Position numbers and translations under genes: made by a program. Under the pieces are notes generated by a model. It worked only from the letters and a program-made list of their open reading frames with translations. It was not told the origin of the DNA and searched no databases. This document shows, one piece after another, positions 57,422 through 64,000 of a stretch of 64,000 nt of DNA. Positions within the stretch are counted from its first letter, which is position 1. Each line of letters begins with the position of its first letter. The DNA comes from a virus: positions 32,001 through 96,000 of the IMG/VR virus record IMGVR_UViG_3300024999_000055, one strand, 5' to 3'.

Positions 57422-58096
57422 TTACATTGTAAAGAAATCATCTGTTTTATTTACTACATTTTTAGAACTTTCAATAACAGATTTTGATAAACAATTAAAC
57501 GCCTTTCTTAATTCTGATGCAGAACTCTTAACATCAAGTATATTTTTAAAATCTAATTGTTTAGCAATACTTGTTGCTCCTCCACCAAAACTTATAAATG
57601 CAGTTGTAATTTCTTCATTGTTAAGTGTCTGGATACTTCTTTTAGCATCTGATATTACATTTCTTGAAGAAGTATTATCACCATCACTAAATATTGCAAA
57701 TACTGCTTTAACCCTCATTCCTTGATTTTTTAGAAATGTTATATAGTTAGTTAATTTCTCACTACCTTCTACGATTACATCATATAATGCCGTCATGCCA
57801 TTTGAGGAATAAGCAATATCAAAATCTGATACTTTTTTATATCCTCCAACATTAATATAATCTGCAAAATCTGCTCTTGCTACAAGGATTTCGTCAATTT
57901 CTTTTGAATCTAATAGTGCATTTTTAAATTCATTTAATGAAAATTTCATGTCAGATACAAATGGATACATTGAACCAGAACCATCAATACCTACAAAGAT
58001 AAGATTTACACTTTCATTATCAATTTCTTCTACAGAAGTATTCTCAATTTCAATTTCGTCCATACCTAAAATATCTAATTCGTTTGTCATAGTCAT
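57422..58096 (-). CDS. vWA domain protein (TerY-like)
   Basis: MIDAS IDGSGSM, TALYD, FSDG. Confidence 0.85.
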   Translation of the reverse strand: MTMTNELDILGMDEIEIENTSVEEIDNESVNLIFVGIDGSGSMYPFVSDMKFSLNEFKNALLDSKEIDEILVARADFADYINVGGYKKVSDFDIAYSSNGMTALYDVIVEGSEKLTNYITFLKNQGMRVKAVFAIFSDGDNTSSRNVISDAKRSIQTLNNEEITTAFISFGGGATSIAKQLDFKNILDVKSSASELRKAFNCLSKSVIESSKNVVNKTDDFFTM

Positions 58097-58142
58097 AATA
58101 TATTCCTCCTATTATTTTTATTATTTTATATTTTTATTATCT

Positions 58143-59051
58143 TTAAAGTTTTAAGTCTGTTGATTTAAGTATATTTACTTTATATTGCTTTTTAAAAGAT
58201 TTAAAAGCATTTTCTGTTGTTTGTTCAAAACTTGGAATAGAAGACATACAATCTTCAAGAATGTAAATTTTCTTAGTTACTTCAGGTTTATTTTGATAAT
58301 ACTCAAGAATTTGTTTAATTGATTCTAAACAACAGTGTGATTTTGCCTCACCCAAAACAACAATCTTATCAAACTTTTCAATCTTATTAAGAAAATCAAT
58401 ATTGATATAGTTTTTTGTATCATATTCTGGCTTAATCACCCCGTACATCTCGCTCAAAGGGTCTTGACCTTTAACAAGTCTAAGTGTCATACTTTTCTTT
58501 GCTACTGAATGAAAATAAACCATATTAGCAAATTGATTTTCTAATGCACAACCACTTGTACCTTGTAGGCAATGATATGTCCATATAACTAAAACCTTTT
58601 TACCTTGTTTTTCTAAATTCTCCACATATTCTCTACTTGCTTTAGGATTAACAACAGGCATCCATTTTCCAGAATCTAAATCTGCCAATGTAATTGCTGT
58701 AAATGGAGTAGGATTATTGCCTTTAGCATCTACCCACCAGCAAGGATGGAAAATTTGGAATGGGTTATGTGTATCAATTGATACAGCAATTTGTGAGATT
58801 TTATCCATATTATCATAAATAAATCTTGTGGAATTTTCAACATCTTTAATTGCTCCAGGTACACCCAACGCTCCATTATCCATAAAATCTTGTTGAACAT
58901 CAATTCCGATTACTAATACACTTTCTGAATTTTTACTTGCAGGAATCATTTGCTCATTGTTTGCTAATACTAACAAGTCATTCATCTTGATTGGATTTTC
59001 TGTTGCCCCGATAGATGATACATTTACGATTTCCTCAAATTTTGTTTTCAT
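58143..59051 (-). CDS. Nicotinamidase/isochorismatase-family cysteine hydrolase
   Basis: IDVQQDF, DTH...H, WTYHC, KG, GEAKSHC. Confidence 0.85.
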   Translation of the reverse strand: MKTKFEEIVNVSSIGATENPIKMNDLLVLANNEQMIPASKNSESVLVIGIDVQQDFMDNGALGVPGAIKDVENSTRFIYDNMDKISQIAVSIDTHNPFQIFHPCWWVDAKGNNPTPFTAITLADLDSGKWMPVVNPKASREYVENLEKQGKKVLVIWTYHCLQGTSGCALENQFANMVYFHSVAKKSMTLRLVKGQDPLSEMYGVIKPEYDTKNYINIDFLNKIEKFDKIVVLGEAKSHCCLESIKQILEYYQNKPEVTKKIYILEDCMSSIPSFEQTTENAFKSFKKQYKVNILKSTDLKL

Positions 59052-59104
59052 GTTTTTAATCTCCTTTTTATTTATATTTTTTATTTGTTTTATTTATTGA
59101 TGTT

Positions 59105-59133
59105 ATTCTACCATACTAGTTAGTGACTGTCAA
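59105..59133 (-). promoter_or_regulatory. SigA-type promoter for the four-gene kinase operon
   Basis: TTGACA-17 bp-TGgTAGAAT. Confidence 0.8.
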
Positions 59134-59175
59134 CATATTTATTTTAATATTCTATTAATATTATACTTTATTTAG

Positions 59176-59255
59176 ATCATGACAAAACCAATATTTTATA
59201 TTGAAATTTTCCTACATATAGTAGTATTTAATTATTTAACCACTATATGTAGTAT
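59176..59255. promoter_or_regulatory. Site A plus tandem NrdR-box-like pair
   Basis: ATCATGACAAAA-ccaata-TTTTAT; boxes at 59209 and 59240. Confidence 0.7.
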
Positions 59256-59262
59256 ATAAAAA

Positions 59263-62200
59263 CTATTCTTCTACAATCTCATATTCATCATCAATTAAAT
59301 ATATCCATTCGTTTCCTTTATATTGAACAAATACTCCCCTAATATTACCTTCCCAATTATAATCACCTATTGATTCTTTAGATTCTTCTATAGTTAACTC
59401 ATTATATATTTTTGCTTCAACAATTTCTCCAACTTTCTCATTGAAATAATTAGATAATATTTTAACTTTCATATGTATTATTCCTCCTCTTCATCCCATT
59501 CTTCTAACAATTCTATTGCTTCACTATAACCTTTCCAGTTATCCACTCCTGCACATTTAAGTGCTTCTAAAAAATTACTATCTTTTAATAATTTATTATA
59601 TTCTTCTAACGTAATATTTATAGTTTCATTATTATATGTATTAAATTTCTCAATCAATTTAAAACATCTAGGTTCAATACTCTTATCAATATTAACACCA
59701 GGAACAAATGTTAATCCTTCGGCCACATTATCTCCTTGTTGAGTAGAAACTTGAACTAAACAACCATTAGGTAAATTGCATACCTTTGTTGATTTCATCC
59801 ATTTTTGATTTTTAGAACTTGCTTTACATAATAATGCAAAAGTATCTCCGTCACCATAAACTTTAATATCATTAATTTTCTCTTTTGCTTGCTCAACGTT
59901 TTGAATGTTTAATGTTTTACTATTCATATTATTTTCCTCCTCTTTATTATTTGATATTTTTCTTTTAAATTCTTTACATCCACCAGGAGTGCAATCACCT
60001 TTGCCACAATTATTATCATTTCTACAATAACCCATACATAAATTATCATTAAATTGCTTTGCACAATCAAAACAACAATCTACTTTATTATATTTATTCA
60101 TATGTATTCATTATCTCCTTTACATTTTTTTAAAATCTCAAATGCCATGCGTTCATCGCTCCACTTAACGCACCATTATCACCAAGCAATAAATATCCAC
60201 AAAACATAATAAAAGTAGTAGTTACAATGTGACTTACCTCAATACTACCAATAACCTTTGTGTTTAATAATTCTTTCATAATAATCTCTCCTCTTTATTT
60301 TTATATTTTTCAAATATCATAATATATTTTATTATCTTTAACTGCACCATTAACATCTTTTATTTCTTTAATATAATATCTACTATCACAATCATTCTTA
60401 CTACTAAAAGTATGAATAATTGTTGTTATATAATATTTATTATTATCTATATCTTTAACTTTTATCTTATAAGTATGTGCCCAATAATTATTATTACCAT
60501 AAATATAAATGATAATATTAATTTTATAATCAAAATTTTCACCTCCTATATGTTTTATTAATTTTAACTTTTTTATTAAAATCAGGATAATATACTTTTG
60601 CTAATTTCCTATGTTGTTTATTAACTATATTAAAATCTTTTGTATTGAGTGAAAATTCTAATGTTTTATATTTATTTTTATTTAATGTAGATATTATAAA
60701 TACTAATAGAAAATGAATTGCAAATATTGTTAACCACAATCTAAAAAGATTAATAATATCAATAAATAACATTCCTATAATTATAGCACAAATAAAATTT
60801 AAAAAACAAAATAAATTAATTTCTAAATAATTATTATGAATAAATTTAACTCTATCATTATAATTAAGATATAAATAACTTAACCAAAATTCTAGTAATA
60901 TCATTGAATTATTCCTTTGTATTAAGTTTAATATCGTCACGAAACATTCAATTGATTAAATTTGCACCGTCCAAATATTTTCATCATTATCTTTTAAGCA
61001 TTCTGCATCTAATTTATTTTCATTATTAAGTTGTAATAATTTATCAATTAATTTCATAATCTTATTCTCCTTTCTCTTCTCTACATAAACTTTCATGAAT
61101 ACTACTTGCAATACTAATATACTCTGCCATTTCATGTAATTCTTCTCTTAATTCTAATTGATCTGCTAATTCTTCGGCAAATCTTTTATATTCTTGCCAT
61201 GTAATATTAGAAATAAAATTTTTAACTACTTCTTTATCATGTTCTAAATCAACTGCCATTTTTACAATGAATTCTTTAAATTCATCAATTGCAATATTAA
61301 TATTTTCTTCTCTTTGTTCTTTAGACATCTCACTAAATTTCATAGTGTTTATCCTTTCTATTTCAATATTAAAGTTAGATATTTCTATATATTGTGGTCG
61401 TGTATATAACCACAATATATAGAATACATATACTTTTATGTATAATTTTACTTTTCCTTCTTACTCTTACTCCCTACACTATTTGTAACATTACTAATTG
61501 ATTTTTTCATATTATCAATATCAGTAAGTAAAAATACCATAGCCTGCTCTTTGGTAAATCCAATTTCAACATAAGCGTCGAATTGATTCTTTCTTACTTT
61601 TGCTTTAGCAGTAAAATATTCAGTATTATTTGAAAAGTCCTTGTATACTTCTAATAATTCTTGACCAACCATATAAACTAATGGTTTAAATTGATCTACC
61701 TGCTCTTTAATCATCCCCTTTAATTCATCTGGATTCTCCAATAAATTGTATAATAATTTGTTCATATTAACATTCTCCTTTTCGTTTTTATATTTTTATT
61801 TAATAGCAATACATTATAACGTATCACTATTTTACACACTCCATAAACACATCAATATTATCATCAATTATTTTAACTATCTGACACAATTCATCTAACA
61901 TACTAGCAGTTAAATGATTATCCATTGTATCCGTATCAATATAAGCATATTTTTCTTTAACATTGATTACAATAGAAATTTCAGTTTCATAGATATAAAC
62001 ACATATCTCACTAAAAGGCCAAATATGTAATGACAATTTGCTACCTTCATAATCTCCAATTATATTTAATATTTGTTTAATTATGCTTTGTAGATTTGTA
62101 TTGCTATTAGGTAAAATATTATTATTTACATTTTCTTTAATTTTATCTTTTTCTTCATTTTTACCTATAAACTCCAAATTATCTATAGCAAAACATAATT

Positions 62201-63900
62201 TACCTTTTTGTGAATCAATGTCATTTACATTTTTATCATAGAATTCTATGATAAATCTATTGTTAAACCCATAATTATGATCAATTTTAATTATTCCTAT
62301 TTTACCTATGTACATTTCTAATTCAGTACTGTCTTGAAATTGAAATCCATCTGTATTTATTACTTTTACTACTTTATCTATGTATTTAGACATATTGTAT
62401 TCTCCCTTCTATTTATCTTTAATATTTCTATTCAACCAATCGCAATATTTTTGACATTCTTCTTTACTTTTAAATCCTAGTCTCTCGCCATATGATTTAT
62501 TTTTATGCAATTCAATAATACTTTCATCAAATTCATCAACAACATTATAAATTTTAAATTCTTGATAATCATAATCATAACTATTTCTATCTTTACTAGG
62601 AGAATAACTTCTACTAAAATAAAATTTTCTTTCTGAAGAATATCTACTATCTCGTTTACTAAATTTAATCATTATAATTACACTTATAGCAGGAACATAT
62701 TTACTTAACATTTTTGCACAAGCACATGCAGTTTTAGTGATTTCACCATTTGGAAATTTTGCAACTAATTTTCTCTCTTTATTACATAAGTTACATTTTT
62801 CATTTTGGTAACGCTCTATATCAGCAAACCATACTTCACACTCTTCTATATATTGCTTTAAAGTATCACCGATATTACTTTGATAAAATTCATTAGTGAC
62901 TTCTCTTTTAAGATTTTCTTCTTTATATTTTAGATCATTTTCTTTATTTAAAATATCTCTTTCACGTTGTTTATATTTATTATTTTCTTCTTTTAATCTT
63001 ACATTTTCATCCTTGATATTCTCAATTTGTGACTTAACACTATCTAATAAAGCATCTTTCATTTTTTGTTGATATTCTATTAAAATTTCATCCGCTAAAG
63101 TTGGTTCATAATAAGGTGGTTCTTCATAATAATCGTACATATTTTCAATCTCCTTTTTTATTTATTAAATTATTACAATTTTAGATTCATGCAATATCCA
63201 AGTGCCATTATTTAAATTATTATAAACTTGTTTTCCTACATAATTATTATCATATGTAATTCCATTGTCAACAGCAGTTAATAAATATCTATCTTTATCT
63301 GAATTTTTTGAAACAATATAATAACTTTTACCATCACAATGAGATAGAAAGAATGGTGTTTCTGGTATTTCTATTTTTTTAGAATTATTATTATTTTCTA
63401 TTTTAATTTTATACATATTCATTTTCTCCTTTTTTTGTTTATTAAATTAAAACCAAAGATAAGTTTGATCATATATTAATTTATTTTTAATTTAATCTAT
63501 ATAATCACATTGCAAATTATCTGTTTCCTTGCCACATATAGGACAATCAAATATCGCAACTTCTAATCCTTCATACTCTGTAGTTTCTTTTACAGCAATA
63601 TCCATAGAATTAAATAAACCATTACACTTATTACATTTCATATTAGGCAATTCCATATTTTCTCCTTTGTTCTATATTATTCTATTCTTCTACAATTTGA
63701 ATCATTTCAACAGTATTAGGTGAGAATCCAACACCCATTAAAAAACACTTAAACTCTTCTACTAATAACTCAATTTGAGTTTGAATCTCTGAATCTACTT
63801 TCATAAGTGTTTTGATAAGTCTACTTTCATTATTAAATTCGTCAATGTAAGCAAAATCAATTTTAACTTTAGATTCATTTTTATGTTCTATATCAATCAT
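59263..63900 (-). other. Hypothetical phage genes
   Basis: Contiguous ORFs of 69-243 aa with RBSs; A sites at 60939 and 63452. Confidence 0.7.
61382..61425. promoter_or_regulatory. NrdR-box-like inverted pair
   Basis: TTTCTATATATTGTGG and CCACAATATATAGAAT, 28 bp apart. Confidence 0.6.
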
Positions 63901-63948
63901 ATGTATTTTTTCTCCTTTCGTAAGTTTTATTATTTAATAACTGATTAT

Positions 63949-63977
63949 ATTATACAATTATATTTATATTCTGTCAA
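63949..63977 (-). promoter_or_regulatory. SigA-type promoter
   Basis: TTGACA-17 bp-TATAAT. Confidence 0.8.
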
Positions 63978-64000
63978 GTACCTATCTAGGACAATCCCTA

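Noticed and set aside
58143-59051. Calling the hydrolase part of a known phage NAD reconstitution pathway
   Set aside because: No NAMPT/NMNAT or ADPR-PP synthetase partners are visible in the window.
2150-63723. Short + strand ORFs in the track (other than the integrase)
   Set aside because: Antisense shadows of - strand genes, without RBSs and with low-complexity composition.
1-64000. CRISPR array, tRNA or rRNA genes
   Set aside because: No regularly spaced direct repeats or cloverleaf/rRNA-like GC-rich segments seen by eye; tRNAscan-SE or a CRISPR finder would be definitive.

Overview
Very AT-rich segment of a large temperate Firmicutes phage or prophage with SPbeta-like organisation. The class III RNR suggests an anaerobic, probably clostridial, host. 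A + strand large serine integrase converges on about 62 kb of - strand early/middle genes. These include a nucleotide-metabolism set (5'-nucleotidase, guanylate kinase, thyA, pyrB, dUTPase, nrdDG, glutaredoxin) and a full replisome block (RecD2-like helicase with intein, DnaE, RecJ, primase, DnaB, Sak4-like ATPase, SSB-like). Also present: NAD-dependent ligase, adenine MTase, RtcB, a PAPS-reductase-family protein, a free-standing LAGLIDADG endonuclease, a solo TnpB and dozens of small hypothetical genes. Unexplained structure: (1) about 19 copies of an intergenic dyad AYNAAW-N6-WTTKRT at accessory-gene junctions; (2) four of these are followed at a fixed 27-28 bp by tandem NrdR-box-like pairs that are not near any nrd gene, and four others by a second 23-bp motif; (3) a self-promoted nicotinamidase-like/vWA/PP2C/Ser-Thr kinase operon (TerY-P-like triad plus one gene); (4) three stand-alone mini-genes resembling pieces of terminase ATPase and tape measure protein; (5) repeated ATA/ATC/CTG start codons. 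All family calls come from motif reading, with no database search.
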